Part shown: positions 63,556 to 64,000 of the stretch, in pieces
How the letters are laid out: every line of letters begins with the position of its first letter
Numbering within the stretch: position 1 is the first letter of the stretch
Assembly (NCBI GenBank): GCA_951406725.2
Contig: OX597829.1
Coordinates: 54,312,001 to 54,376,000, forward strand
Length of the DNA stretch: 64,000 nucleotides
From: Octopus vulgaris
Lineage: Eukaryota
Direction: 5' to 3'
Position numbers and translations under genes: made by a program
The notes under the pieces: model-generated
Database searches by the model: none
The model's input: the letters and a program-made list of their open reading frames with translations, nothing else
Told to the model about the DNA's origin: nothing

Positions 63556-64000
63556 CGACAGGCTTCTTTCAGTTTCCATCTACTAAATTTACTCACAAGA
63601 AAGACACTTGTCCAAGGTGCCATGCAGTGGAACTGAACCCGGGACCATGCGGTTGGTAAGCAAGCTTTATTCCTCAGTCTCACTTTCACTCATCCCCCTT
63701 TTTTCTCACTGATAATCTTTTGATTCATAATTGCATAAACTTTCCATTGTATCTGTCTGTCTTTTCAATGTTATCCTCACCACTCATTTCAAGCTTTCCC
63801 AACTCCATTATCTTCCCTGAGACTTCTATTCATAATAGCAAGTAAAAGAACTTACAGATTTTGTGACAACCTATTTCATTTTATCAAAAGTTGTTTGTTT
63901 GCTGAAACACGGTGTTCTTTTCCTTTTAGCCTTTTCTTTTTTTTTTTCTGTTGCTACTAGTCAAACCTGTTGTTCGGGCCGATGACTACATTACTATCAA

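Larger units (their letters stand above)
62348..63667 (-). mobile_element. SINE A split at its internal microsatellite (tail 62348-62560; head 63552-63667)
   Basis: The two halves are co-oriented and complementary, with nested elements between them. Confidence 0.65.

Overview
AT-rich, repeat-saturated eukaryotic DNA with no host protein-coding exon that I can recognise (intronic or intergenic). The mix of tRNA-derived SINEs with internal microsatellites, very abundant (GAT)n-tailed RTE LINE 3' ends and very long (TA)n/(CATA)n tracts suggests a coleoid cephalopod such as Octopus (inference, not tested). Contents: (1) an RTE LINE family whose RT carries a C4HC3 PHD finger between RT motifs 6 and 7 and whose 3' UTR is a modular hairpin minisatellite; (2) a near-full-length decayed BovB-like RTE; (3) a young non-autonomous Gypsy-type LTR element at 26171-30565 (1.2-kb LTRs, ATAT TSD, tRNA-Leu PBS, PPT, RT core deleted); (4) an R4/Dong element in a (TAA)n tract inside one arm of a foldback element; (5) a Tx1-like element flanked by (TATG)n; (6) Penelope-like GIY-YIG/RT remnants and a minimal hammerhead ribozyme motif; (7) mariner, Tc1, Tigger, piggyBac-like and Helitron remnants; (8) three SINE families, a 2.9-kb 20-bp AT satellite, a perfect 98-bp-arm palindrome and several templated or long duplications. 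Most long ORFs in the track are microsatellite artefacts. All calls come from reading motifs by eye, and the boundaries of decayed elements are approximate.
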